Source: Hyphochytrium catenoides | Lineage: Eukaryota; Protista; Hyphochytriomycota | NCBI GenBank assembly: GCA_900088475.1 | Contig: FLMG01001035.1 | Span: forward strand, 1-63,759 | Direction of reading: 5' to 3' | DNA: 63,759 nucleotides | Shown: positions 1 to 12,055 of the stretch, piece after piece | Position numbering within the stretch: position 1 is the stretch's first letter | Layout of the letters: each line of letters opens with the position of its first letter | Notes under the pieces: model-generated | What the model saw: the letters and a program-made list of their open reading frames with translations, nothing else | Told to the model about the DNA's origin: nothing | The model's database searches: none | Position numbers and translations under genes: made by a program

Positions 1-85
1 GGCCGTAGAATTGCAAGTTCCATCATGAGAATTTCGGAGAATAGAGATCTTCTTTTAGAGCAACTCGAAACGGCCCTTCATGGTA

Positions 86-129
86 AATAAACGGTATTTA
101 TCCGAGCCAATAAACGGTATTTATCCGAG
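86..129. repeat. Perfect 21-bp direct repeat (AATAAACGGTATTTATCCGAG x2, period 23)
   Basis: Copies at 86-106 and 109-129 read directly from the sequence. Confidence 0.9.
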
Positions 130-1076
130 GGTTACATACAGAAGCAGCTGGCGGTAAATAACGAAATCTCCAAGCCCCCACTCGCTTAATAAAAAACAGC
201 ATAAACGCTGTGTCTTGTTCTGCAAGAACTTTTGTGCGGGGCTTCCCCTTTATTTTGGGGTGACAAGAAGTAAGTTGGTGTTAGAGCCGTGTTATTACCA
301 GTGGATCAAGGCATCACGGAGGAGGATAGCACCCTTCAACCCTTCAACAATAGTTAGAGATTTTGCAGAGGAAAGGGATATGCTTTTTCCGTTTCAGCGC
401 GCTAGTATCGCGTCACCGTCTGCTGCAGACGACGATTCTGGGCTTTATTATACCTACTACTAAGGCTTCCTCCTCCCTGCCCAGCATTAGCGTTCTCGAG
501 CCACGAGGAGGGTTAGCGTCTTCTTGGCTTGCCTAAGAGCTCCAAAGCTACACTGATGATCACATCATCAAGGCTTACCTGAACTGTCTGGTGAAGAAGC
601 ATAATAGACGACAGGCTCTAGTATCACAGAGTTGTTGTCTGGATAAACGAAGGTCGTCCGAACCAGGAGTTGCATGCCGACTCTTCATCGATCGTCGGGC
701 ATTGCAGGAGTATGAGCACCAGGTATCTCAGACGCGATGACATTGACTTGTTGGCAGCAGGAGTCAGGCGGGAATTACAGCCTTTCAAGCTAGTTATCAT
801 CAACCATGAAACGAAGAAATGGGTAATACCAGAGGAAGCGCATCAATTCCAACAGCATTGATAAAGTACGTACTCCTAAAAAATGCCGGCGCTGCTGCCG
901 GCGCATTATGGTCGCCCTCCAGCAGGTTGACAAAGCGCAGTAAGCGTTACGACTGGCAAGATGGGGATGGTGGTAGCACAAATGAAGAGTTTGGGCTTGT
1001 CAAGAAGCAGGAGGACGCGGAAGGGACCACAAGTAAGATGGAAGAGAGACCTGATGATTAAAAGGAGGCGCATGGT

Positions 1077-1934
1077 GTGGTGAATCAGCAAAGAATGGAG
1101 GGAAGATTGACGGCAGAAAAGGTTCATACCCTGAATACCTACCTACCGGATGACTTGTTCGAGTTTCTATGTATGTGGATCCACTACGATGTAGTCCTCC
1201 GTCATCCTTCTTTAGCTCATGCTGTGGTCTTGGATGATACATTTCTCCGGTGGGGCTTGACGGTACCGCAAATTGAGGATGACGACAACCTATATGGCTT
1301 CAAGTGCCTGAGCGCCATTATTGCCTCTTGGAACATCATGATTCAAGAAATATTTGTCGAAATGAATCCACACCGTCGGAAAGCCTTTGGCTATCGTGGC
1401 AGTAGCTTTCCACCCTTTGAACAGAGATTGAAGGACCGTGGATTACCAGGGACTCTGGCGGAATCTGTGAAGGAAGAGGGGCTGATTAAATGGGCCGCAA
1501 TTAACTTTGACAAGGCAATCATGAACGGGTTAGAGACCAGAGGTCGGCAAAGATATAACTTTTGCGGGGTCAATGACACTGTCAACATTGACCAGCGAGT
1601 GTTCAGACACCTGACGTTCTTCGATGACGCTGCTCAAATACTTAGAAATTGCACAAGCTGCCCAGGCATCTCCCCAAAACGACATCTTGTCACCTGTACC
1701 AACATCCCCAACTTGCGACGCTTCATTCTGCATTTGGAGCGCCATATAGTGCATGAGCACCAGGAGCTCTGGAATCCGACTAGCAGACTTCCTAGTGGGA
1801 TCAATCGTATAGTGGAAGTTATTGCCAATTCTAAGGGCATTTCACTGGATCGTATGTGTTACCTAAATGCCAGCCCGGAAAGTTCAAGAGTGAGGATCCG
1901 GTGTGGGAAGGTATCGGAGACCATATTGGGATGA
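1077..1934 (+). CDS. Hypothetical 285-aa ORF, probably one piece of a frameshifted larger gene (~545-2113)
   Basis: Long ORF flanked by same-strand ORF fragments (670-861, 819-1061, 1856-2113); contains a CTSC motif; no confident family. Confidence 0.35.
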   Translation: MVNQQRMEGRLTAEKVHTLNTYLPDDLFEFLCMWIHYDVVLRHPSLAHAVVLDDTFLRWGLTVPQIEDDDNLYGFKCLSAIIASWNIMIQEIFVEMNPHRRKAFGYRGSSFPPFEQRLKDRGLPGTLAESVKEEGLIKWAAINFDKAIMNGLETRGRQRYNFCGVNDTVNIDQRVFRHLTFFDDAAQILRNCTSCPGISPKRHLVTCTNIPNLRRFILHLERHIVHEHQELWNPTSRLPSGINRIVEVIANSKGISLDRMCYLNASPESSRVRIRCGKVSETILG

Positions 1935-2973
1935 AGGATTGGAACGACTTGAGAAGGTTCGCGAGTCTGCCACCCAGTGGACCGTCCATAGATGACTTCA
2001 TTAGCCTATTTCCAGAGAAGGGAGAGGTGCTCCGTAAAGACCCGGTTCTCCTAGAGAAAGGGTGGAAAGACAAGGTGAAGCAGTGGTTCACATGGGCCAA
2101 AATCGTGTATTGATATCATCAGAGAGGACTGTCCTTGGTAAAGGAGCGTCACGAAGGCTATTATAGAACTATGGGTGAGGACCAAAGGCAGAGTCATCCA
2201 TCAGAGGGCTATCAAAGTGAGTTATCCAGACTAATAAAGTACCAGAGAGCTCCTAGGTATGCTACGCTCTTGCTTTGTTTGGCATCATGGACGACATCGT
2301 ATTACAGAATTCAGCTGGTTATCGAGGAGGATTTCCTTGTCAGTCGTAGTGGGCTGGTCGCGGCTCTCTAATAAAGTAATGACGGAGGCAAGGTCACAGT
2401 TCAGGATACCGACTCCGTCCAATCATTACTAACGCCCGCGGGAAGGATGGCAGTCAAGGAAGAACTTCCAAACCATATCTGCCATCTCATCAAGCAGTAT
2501 CCCGGCACAAGAGCCCGCTGCACAGGCAAAAAGAATGCCAGTACCGGGAACCCACCACTTATCAGGAGGTGTAGACCGCGGACGAGCAACAAGGCCCTGA
2601 GTGTATATAAGGCTATGAGTTCCATCGAAGAACCAGGCTATCAGCAGCGAGTCCCATCATACCATGGGCAGTCTACACCAAACAGATTCATGCAAAGGAG
2701 AATGAGCTAGGTAAGCGAAGAGGATGCTAGCCAGTGAGGGAGTGGCGAAAGCGGCCTCAGACCCACACAGCCAAATTTTCTTGGAGCGCAGGATCAGTAA
2801 CTAGTAGTCTCTTATTTCTCTTTCGTTCGCAGCCCTTTCAGCCCTGCAACTGTCTCCTTATTGGGACCCATCTCGTCTGCTATGTAGATTATTTTGTAAA
2901 CAGGTCACATGGTAAATATAATCACTCGAGCACTACTCTTACCCCTTTGACCCCTCTGTATGGGTCGCATGGT

Positions 2974-3219
2974 CTACAGACGCAAATGTGTCACCTGCAG
3001 CAGCCGAAGATTCTGTCCCCCAATGACCACTATACATTCGGGACATTGTGCTTGTTCCATTGGCTCTATGCATTCACCAACTGCATAGAGATGGTCGTTA
3101 GGGCAGCGAAACCATCCTTCGGTCCTCGTCTCATCTCGCGTGACTTCTATCACCTGGGCCAAGTCTTCTTGGGTGACTTGAGCCCTTCTCTCACAGCTCT
3201 TCATAGATATCCCCTTCAC
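2974..3219 (-). pseudogene. RZ-type zinc finger relic (ZNFX1/RNF213 C-terminal type)
   Basis: GWFRCPNDHLYAVGECIEPMEQAQCPECIVVIGGQNL matches the RZ-finger pattern W(Y/F)xCPNGHxYxIGECGxxMExxxCPECxxxIGGxNH; the last His is Leu and no upstream helicase/AAA ORF is present. Confidence 0.75.
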
Positions 3220-4015
3220 CGAGAAAGAGTTCCTTTCTCAGCTTGGCATCCAAGGCTTCGCAGCTCACGCAAGTGGCTAGAATCTGTTAACAGCTGTGTT
3301 CAGCAATAAAGTGAAACTCATCCTCATTGCTGAGAACATCTAAGATTCAATCATAATGCGGGAAGAGTCCAATGACCATGCGGCCGAATGACCTACAAAT
3401 GACTACCTGAGGGTGAGATCCGAGACATGAGATGTCCATTATTCCTTTAACCAATCATAGATTAGCGGAATACTTCCTTGTCTGCCCATGCGTCCTCAAC
3501 GACTGTTAAGCAGTCTTTCAACTGATGACATCCAAGTACTCCGTACCAAAGAAAAGCACTTATTGCAGGTCTTCCTGATAGAGTTTGCTTTTCATGAGCT
3601 AGCTTTAGCTTGCAAGAACCCAAACCGCAGCTTTTCCGGCGCTGCCGTCCGGTCTCTGAAAAGCTTCTTCCTCCATATCGCCTCAATACTACGATAGATT
3701 TATTCTCGTGCGTCACAGTCTGCTCTGAAATCGAGCCCGTTAAGACGCTAACCGAAGTTCAGTTGCGGGCTGTAGGATCTTTTTCTTCACCTGGGGGCTC
3801 AGGTTCAGCTCCACAGCCCTCCGGTGGACGAGCTGGCGCTGCGGTCGGTAGCCAAGGAGGATCTCGTCGGCTGTCAAGAGCAAGGCACAACAAGCAATAA
3901 ATACTGGCCCTTCGCTGCGGTCGATTTTGGCTGTAAATTTTTCACTTAAAGGTCCTTCTTCACCTCCAGCTGAGCGTATTGCATCATTGTTGTCTCTAGC
4001 TGCTGCTGAAGATGT

Positions 4016-4333
4016 TCAGCCTCCGATTGCAACCCTGGTCCCCAGCCTCCTCCTGCAGACCAGTTGGCGCAGTCTGGCGTCTGGATTAATGTGCGTAACA
4101 TAGGATCGCCGACTACAGTCACCCCTGCAGCCAGTCACTTTACACTTTACATGCAGATGCCTCCAGCATAGACCTCGAGAAAGCAATCGACTGCCGCAGT
4201 TTGCAGAAGAACACTTTTTCTCTGGGCGGGAAGGCCATGGGTTCGGGCATGAGGCAGAGCGTATCTGTGCAAAGTTCTTGCAGCCGTTCTCAGAACAACA
4301 CAAGCGTTGAGATCTCTTAGAAGCATTCATCAT
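4016..4333 (-). pseudogene. Cys/His-repeat (C-x4-C...GxCxxH, 'WRKY19-like' zinc-binding repeat) fragment
   Basis: CSENGCKNFAQ, CSSANCGSRLLSRGLCWRH and CKVTGC units; short and degenerate. Confidence 0.5.
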
Positions 4334-7015
4334 TCCTTCAGTCTACGACTCTCTTCAAGGGAAGGGTCGGTTCTTCCTGGGCCAGACTCTATCTGGTGCC
4401 GTTGTCACCGCGGCTGTCCACACACCGCGGCTGTCATTGACCCCGGCCTGTCACCGCCGCTGCTGTCTCTGATAAATACACTGTGGCTGTTCAAAGAGCT
4501 GTCAGTAATGCTAGTCAATATCAAGATCTCATTCATGAAGAGATTGTTATACCAACTATGCATCGACTCTAATCCTTTTTCTTCTTGAGAAGTGCTGGGC
4601 GTCCGGGTTATCACCTCTACGAAGTACATGAACTTGATCTTGATCTTGCCCTGGACTCTTTTTTAGAAGAGCTACTTCCCGCTCCTCCGCCGCTGCTAGT
4701 CTTCGATCACATCACACCTAGCCACATTTCTTGAGTAATGACGTTTTTACTGTTGCTTTGTCTCCACCACTCAATCACGGACCAGAATAACGACTGCTGC
4801 CACAAGCGACAACAGAGGAAAACGGAAGAATAGAGTCACGGTACTTCCCTACTTAGCTACTAGTCTTTCTAGTCTTCCTCGTCATCCAACATCTGCTGCT
4901 CTGTACTTAGAACTATTGGTAAAAAGCTCGGCCTATAGTAGGAAGAGAAGGTTGGTGGACCTGGAAAAGACTGATCTACTAGACAAACTCTCCTTTCGCA
5001 ACGGCAAAGCACACATTTATGTCATCATCGTGGAAGAGGTCTTATCATAATACAACTCCAAAGAGCAGAAAGAGTAATCTCTGTCGTCCTTTTGCTCTGT
5101 AGCAAGGGTGACCTAGGCAAATTGTCCTTATTCAACGGCAAAGCCACGTCTCGGCGTCCAAGGTGTCCTCAGCAGGTAGGGAGGAAAACCCTTATGACCA
5201 TAGAACTCTACTAAAGAAGAACATAAAGAGCAGAGTCATCTGCCTGTCCTTTCTTCCTCATACAAAGCTGACAGAAAGAGATGATGGCTTTAAGAGCGTC
5301 AAGGATGACCGTCCTTCAGAAATGCATCATTCTTCTCCAAGTATGATTGAAGCTTGCGAGACCGCTGTGTCGGGAGGAGTTATCAATGGGCCCTAGTACT
5401 TATTGACTCAAGCAACAAACCGTCTTCTTCTTCTTTCGTCCTCTGGGTTACAGCGGGCATTATAAAGGCTCAACATTATCTTCAACGGGAGTTACAAGCA
5501 AGAGGAGGGATAGGGCTAGGGCACCAACACCGAAAGATCCTTGAATGGACGCTACTAGTCCACCTAGTAGTACCTAAGATTGCATCGAGCAAAACGAAAA
5601 GAAGACGGCTCTGAATACAAAGTCTTGGTATGCATGTATGCATCGTACGCAGGCCTTCTTAACCAGGTGAGTCCTGATGATGGTCGTTGTGGGTGATAAC
5701 TAATAAGATTACATGTTGCCCTTTTCCTTTTTGTTCCGAAATCCTGCAGGGAAGTTCGCGAACATCCTCCGGGCGTAAGAGCATTGCTCGGGCTGACCAA
5801 GCTGTTCACAATCGTCTAGCTTCTGGTAGAGAGAGACGCACGATTATATAAGAAGGCAAGCTACCTACAGCTATTTCGCGCAAGGCATCAATGTTTATTT
5901 TGAAATCTGATCCCGCCCGCCTTTTATCAGTCTGGGCACAATATCCATAGGTATCATAGTTCTTGGCATTGCAAGCCGTAACCGCCTGGAAGATCTGTCA
6001 AGTTATCTCGTATCTTATTGATTAACAAGATGCTATAGCAACGGGTTTTAGCGTAAGAAATAGGGGCGAAGACGTGGGGCAGGAGGAGTGAAGACGGGAA
6101 GGAAACATATAACCCACACCCCCTGGTCAACGAGAAGGATACCTCTGGCACGGCGGTAAGAGCTCCTAGGGAACTGTTTACCCAGCCTTCTTTCCAAGAC
6201 TTAACCAATGCGGACGTGAGCCATGCTTTAAACCGCGTCACCATCGGCCTCGATAACCTTGTTCTTCGAGGCCCTCAGCACAGCTACGGTAACTCTTGAA
6301 GATGTGTTGATGAAGGTAAACAATGGGGCTCATCTCCTAGCACTACTTCCTCTATTGCATCATTGAGACTGCTCCAATGCTTGTGAGCGAGATTGCTCAC
6401 TTATGACTGCTAATTCTCTCAGCTCCGGCCGCCACCGTGGTGGCTCTACTGTCCCAGGCCCTTAAGAGCAGGGGTGGAACTCTATTTGTGCACACTGCTG
6501 CACAGCATTCCACGCGCCTCGAAAGGGCACAAACACAGTTGAAAGAGATCTCATCGGATGGTGATGACGATCGAGGCAATCCACATTACAGCTTTCTCCC
6601 TAGAACCTTAGTGGGCGGTATGACACTTGAAGCTGGCTTTCATATGGCTTTCAATGCCATCGCTCCAACCACTAAAAGGAGCACGCTTTGCACCAGAGCT
6701 GCCACACGAAATGGCAGTATGCCACGGTGGCCAAGTTCTGGACAACGTATTATCTGGGAACCAAGGATTACCGCCGACCGCCCTCTATGGGGCATATTTG
6801 TCATCGGCTTATCACTATCAATTGGCTGAGATTACTGTTATAGACTATGGAGCTGATAATGTGTTTATATTGGTGTAGAACCTCGCCGTCCCTAGTAGTA
6901 CTAAGCCGCAGCTTGTAGTCTTCCTGCTGTCGTGCTCAGGGTCAAGCAGCCATGCATGGGTGGTAGATTGTTGATTGTGCTATGGCTACGGCTAGGTAAG
7001 TTCATTCTTAGAGGG

Positions 7016-7370
7016 CTAAGTCCTCCAGGCTACAAAAGCTATCGAGGCTATAGGGGTGACAGGCGCAACAGTAATGACTCCACATGAGCGCATCGCGATT
7101 GATTGGAAACGAGCAAAACGTGCTGTCCTGCGGGATACCGCCTCCAGAAGATTTAGCAACGGACGACTGCCAACGGGAGGCGCGAGAGTCTAGTCTTGGA
7201 CCTGTGGGGGTGAACCCTACTAACCAAAGTACCGCAAACAAGGTGATGGTGATGGCTGATAACGCGATGGTTGACAATCCCAGTGCTTTTGCGGTGGACT
7301 GGAAGACTCCTACGACTAGTTCCGTACTGCTCGAAGTCCCTCTTGCGATGCCATTGAATAACCCGAACAT
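7016..7370 (-). pseudogene. IFI6/IFI27 (ISG12, Ifi-6-16)-like small hydrophobic protein with one frameshift
   Basis: Hydrophobic helix, then VGFTPTGPRLDSRASRWQSSVAKSSGGGIPQDSTF. Removing one base from the 4-nt run at 7115-7118 continues ARFQSIAMR...IASIAFVAWRT*, completing the family pattern GFxxxGxxxxSxAxxxQS...GGxxxxSxFAxxQSxAM. Confidence 0.6.
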
Positions 7371-7818
7371 GAGAATCTCTACTTCTTGCTTGTGAGGTCC
7401 ATGGAATATTATACAGTGGCCATGGAGGGCAGTGTGAAGTGAAAGGCATTGGCATTGAGGTCCATGGAGATAAAGTTCATACTCCGGACTAATAAGGTTC
7501 GCTAAGCCTTATGCAATATTATGTACCACCGAGATATAAAAAAGAAGCAAGAAAGAAGTATACCAGGCCAAAAAGAAGAGAAGAGCAAAGCAGGAAGAAC
7601 TTCATTCGGCCCCCTAGGGCCGGGCACTGACCGGAGGCGGTTGTGTGCCCCCCGAGGAAGTGGCGTGGCGGGGAGGAGTTCGTCCTCCTCTCCAATGATG
7701 CGAGAAAGGAAAGAGTCGTGATTTTCCTCATGACCATTTAGGTTCAGCAAGGGAGGACGGGACACCCTTACTATATCATTAGTAAGTCAAAGCAGACATC
7801 TATAATTAGGACGGTGAA

Positions 7819-8742
7819 TCAGAGGTGATTCAGCTGCTTGAAGATTGCATTTGTTTCCTCTCTTGATGCAAGGCTCGCCTTCGAAGAGAAGCCATACGTA
7901 ATCTCCGTTATGTCTTCTTCTACTCCCAGAGCTGACGAAGGTGATAGCGACTTCTGAAGATCCGCAAAAGCTGCGTCTGTGTACTCGTCCAAGGGCACTC
8001 CATAAGTTACTTCTCTCCCTCCCAGCATCGTCCTCACGGCGGGAGGAATCAGCTCAACAATGCGAACAGAATTGGCCTCCTCATCGCTCTGCTTCTCTCG
8101 GTGCTCTTTATAATTTTGCTGCAGCTGGCCTCGAAGAGAGAGCGTAAAGGAGTGAACCGCAGCCTTGGTCGCTGAATAGACTGGAGTCTGGATGAACGGG
8201 ACAAAGGCGAGGCCGGAGCTGACGTTAATGACGGCAGAGACGCGCTCCGATAAAGGTGCGGACGGACTTCGCTGTCTTCTCTTCAAGAAGAAGTTGAGGA
8301 AGAGCACTGAGAGCTGGATCAAGGCTTCAAGGTTTATAGCTATTTCCTGAGCCGCTGAGCTCAATTCTTGAAGGTCACCTCCGTCTTGGCTCCCGTCTAC
8401 TTCGTCTTGGTGGCGGATCAAGGCAGTGTAGTTCTGGATGCCTGCGTTATTGATGACAATGTTGAGATCTGGGAACTCACTTATGACGCCGCGGAAGAGC
8501 TCCAGTCGGTCTGCAGATTGGGAGACATCGGCTTGCCGGGTGTGAAGCTGGGGGTAGTCAGCTTTGGCCTTGTTGAGCTTCTCTTCATCCCGCCCACATA
8601 TTATAACGATATCTCCTGCTCTTTGGAATCGTTGGGCCAGGGCGAGGCCGATGCCGGACGATCCTCCCGTGATGAGAACCGTATTTTGCAGCTTCTTCTG
8701 CCGCTGATGACCTAGTCCCGTGTCTTCTTCTTGGAATGACAT
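7819..8742 (-). CDS. Short-chain dehydrogenase/reductase (classical SDR, DltE-like)
   Basis: Intact intronless 307-aa ORF with LITGGSSGIG, NNAGI, NVSSGLAFVP and YSATK motifs. Confidence 0.93.
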   Translation of the reverse strand: MSFQEEDTGLGHQRQKKLQNTVLITGGSSGIGLALAQRFQRAGDIVIICGRDEEKLNKAKADYPQLHTRQADVSQSADRLELFRGVISEFPDLNIVINNAGIQNYTALIRHQDEVDGSQDGGDLQELSSAAQEIAINLEALIQLSVLFLNFFLKRRQRSPSAPLSERVSAVINVSSGLAFVPFIQTPVYSATKAAVHSFTLSLRGQLQQNYKEHREKQSDEEANSVRIVELIPPAVRTMLGGREVTYGVPLDEYTDAAFADLQKSLSPSSALGVEEDITEITYGFSSKASLASREETNAIFKQLNHL

Positions 8743-10076
8743 TCTTTCTTCTTTTCGTCCAGTCCTGCCGTTTCTTCTCAGTCTCTACGTCGCTCGCTCC
8801 CCAACGACAAAATACTCTCTATGCTTAGCCTCTTGACTTGAGAGATTGGCTGCCTTTTCTGTAATGAGCAGAAGGTCAACCGTGACGACTAAAATTTGCG
8901 TTATAAGTCCCTTGAACAGACCGCGTTGTCTTTGCCGTGCTAAAGATTCGTATCTATGCGAGCTGGCGTGTACCCACAGGAGACTAGCACTACAGGTACT
9001 GACTACGGATCCAGTCTTGTTGCCAAACACAACGCCGCCATCGTGAACTTGTTTTTCTTGTTGAGGGGTGAGGACGAAGAGAGGAAGATAACTAGGAACT
9101 ATGCTGGTCTTTCTCGTTGAGGAGGACGACAAGGCTATCGATCTTTTTTGCCACAACGTGGAAAGATCTTTCTGGGCGGCGGTGGGGACCGAGTTGTATA
9201 AGAGAGGTCCTGAGGGTTAAGTTCCTGCCTGGAGGACGAGATATAATCTATGATTGTTGAATGACAGTAGGGGTAATATAAGAAACTGACCCATCTGTTG
9301 TCACACAGCACGAACTTCTTTATCTGCTTCTCCGATGTCGACTAGACCAAAACCGTACCGTAGTTACTCCTCCCAAGGCTGCTGCATACTCTCTTGAGGT
9401 GTTGCTAGGAGAGAGTACAGCTAGTAAGAGAAAGAAAGGAGAAGAGGGGGAAAGAGAGAGAGCATGGAGTGTGGTGCAAGACACCCAAAAGGCGGCTTTT
9501 CTTTCTGCAAGTATAGTAGCTATGGCCTACTTTACCAGCGGGTGGAATAAGGTACGGTATTACAAGGAGGGGCGGGGGTGGGGGGAAGGAGAAGAAGAAT
9601 ATTTGGTCATGTGCTTGTGCAGAGGAAGGACAAGCCGGACTTTTTTTGGAGAAAACACGCAGAAGCTTTCTTGGGAACCTTGGGTAACAAGAACCTTCTC
9701 CTATAGAACTACTGGTGGTACCAGGGAGACATCACCCATTCAGTCGAAGGCTTTCGAAGCTTTCAGCTTATGATACTTTCCATGCATCAGCCACCACTGA
9801 CGATGATGAGAGTTCTATAATAACCTTCTTGCCTCCGTGCGAGAGCTAGAGCCAAAGAAATGGATATCTACAGCGACCATGCGAAGATGGCTTGTCGCAC
9901 AGCAGGTGGCCGTACCTGCTCCACCGCCATGATAATAGGAACTCTCTCTTGTTATGTGGTTTGGTATCGGACATCGAATATCCGTTGCCATTGTGAGCCC
10001 CTCCCACCACTCGGCGCTATCTCGCTCCCCCCTCTCCCGCCTAGTAGTACGGAACTTGGTGGTCCCTAGGGGTGGA

Positions 10077-10751
10077 TATTGCAGTCGGTGTCCTCCAGCC
10101 ACATCCTCTGATAATTGATATCTCAGTCGTGCCATCCTCCTGCTGCAAAAAAGTACTAGGTTCCTACTGCCCTTCGTTAGGCAGGTTCGGATATTACACG
10201 ACTGCGGCGCTTGAGTACGACCTGATCGTCAAAGGGTTGCACTGTCACGCGATGCACACTTCTTATATTTACATCGTTTGTATGATCAGGCGACAAGTGT
10301 CCGTCCCTGGCTCGTCACGAGGAGGCAGTCCGTATGATTTTTTGTCGGTTGGTCCCTTTCCGCGCCCTTTCTTCTTGCTGCCTTCCACCACTCCTCCTCT
10401 CCCTCCGCTCTTCTCTTCTTCTTCCTCTTTTCAATCTCCAACTCTCGCAAGAAGCTGCGGCCTCCAATGTTTCTATTATTTCGAATGTTGTCCTTCAATA
10501 ATTTTTCCTCTCTCGCATCATTGGAAGGGCAGATGAATATCCAGCAACCTCGCTGACCGGGCAGCACCCGCTTCCAATTGTCGTCCGTCCCCGACCGCCC
10601 TCAGTGGCCGGGTGCGCACCCTGACTCCTCCCTGCCCTACTATTTTTTTTCTTGTCCATAATACACATTTATATGTTGTTTAGACAGTAGTCTACTAGTC
10701 ACTTCTGAATAATAGCTCGTTAATAAAGAGTTAAGTCTCCTTGAATAAAAA
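10077..10751 (+). mobile_element. 3' end (RLE remnant, 3'UTR, AATAAA/A-rich tail) of a CRE-like non-LTR retrotransposon, copy 1
   Basis: LIIDISV RLE-type motif; homologous to 33022-33658; ends GCTCGTTAATAAA...AATAAAAA. Confidence 0.6.
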
Positions 10752-10754
10752 GTC

Positions 10755-12055
10755 TCTACCTACCTCCTGGTTCGGCTGCTGGCGCACCTGAACTGCGGTC
10801 TCAGCACCTGAAAGGGCTCTGCCTCCTCACACTCTCTCCATCCGTCCAAGAGGCCTTATCCCATCCCTTTCAGCGCTATTCTATCTCCTCGCGCAAGGTC
10901 TGGCTCCTCCAGATCTCTTCCCTTTCCTCGCTCGTGCTCCTCTGTTTGGTCTGACCAAGAATGATATTAGCCTTCGGGCCCATTGTCGTGGGCGAAACTT
11001 TTCGTCCCTTAATAATGTCCAATTGCTGCTCTAGCATGGTGAAGGCCCAGGCTCTGTCTCTCTATCTTCTCACCCTTCAGGTGAGCGGCGCGGTCACCGC
11101 TGGCGCAGAGGGTGCCGTTCATGCTGTCAGGAAGGTCGTAGATGACTTTGGTGACAATTAGTAGTCCAAGGGTCTGTTGAAGGTTGACTTCAAGAACGCC
11201 TTCAACTCTGTGGATCGCTCAGCTAATCTGGATGGGGTCCGCGACCAATTTCCCGCCCTTTACTCGTCGCTGTCACCTGTTCCATGGGTATGCTTTCGTT
11301 GCTACCTCCTGCGGAGTTCAGTAACGTGACCCTCTAGTCCTTTGCTATTCGCTTGAGGAGATCGCGGCGTCGGTACCTAGCCTGGACCTGCATGCCTGGT
11401 ACCTTGTTGGTGACGGCATCCTTTTTGGCATTATAGAAGACGTCGCCAAGCACTAGACGTCCCCGAGCCAACCTTCAAGACCGCAGTCCGGAGATTGGTT
11501 TAGATTTGAACCTGGTCAGGTGCGGGCTCTGTTGGCCCAACTTGGAGTTAGAACGTCTCCCAGTTTCCCTGCACCAGTTTCTCGATTAATAGGTGCGGCC
11601 GGTGTCGAACTCTTGTCTCGGTTTACGGGGTTCCTGTTCTCTCTCGCTTGGAGGAGGTAGACGCAGGCTTAGTCTTGTGTCATTTCCTCAGACTCAGCTT
11701 TGCGTCTTTGGCGGTTGTTTAGGCTTTGCCAAGTTCAACCATCTCTTTCAGGGTTGTCCTCGATCTCAGCTGGACTCCCTATGCTCTCATTCTGACCCCC
11801 GTTTTACGTGGGTTCTTCCTCACTCGGCTTTTGGGCCTGCCTTCTGTGTTGAATATCTTGGTCAGGCTTCAGATTGATCGTTCTGCTCTTGATGCTTCTC
11901 CGCATCATGGTTATTTGGTCTCGGCTGGCGATGGCCTTTCTATCTCCCTCTTGTTCCTCTTCCGTAGTCCTGCACATCTTCTTTTATAGGGAATTAGGCT
12001 ACAGTCTAGTATTAGTCACTCCTTTTTATAGAATAGTTGCTTGCATATAGTAAAG
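10755..12055 (+). mobile_element. Degenerate CRE-like retrotransposon RT region, copy 1
   Basis: Broken frames give PPGSAAGA..LRSQHL, PIVVGETFRPL, KVDFKNAFNSVDR (11180-11218), GVQ*RDPL and WYL..DG. Confidence 0.85.

Noticed and set aside
86-129. Direct repeats (also 18507-18641) as a CRISPR array
   Set aside because: Only two copies each, wrong spacing, eukaryotic context and no cas genes.
1070-1140. NQQRMEGRLTAEKVHTLN as a helicase-associated (HA) repeat
   Set aside because: Lacks the conserved Trp residues and flanking pattern.
5330-5570. Possible ankyrin relic (ACETAVSGG; ARGG..GH..ILEW)
   Set aside because: Too short and degenerate to support.
9480-9700. AYFTSGWNK motif resembling HTTM/DoxX-like membrane proteins
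   Set aside because: A single short motif, with no coherent gene model.
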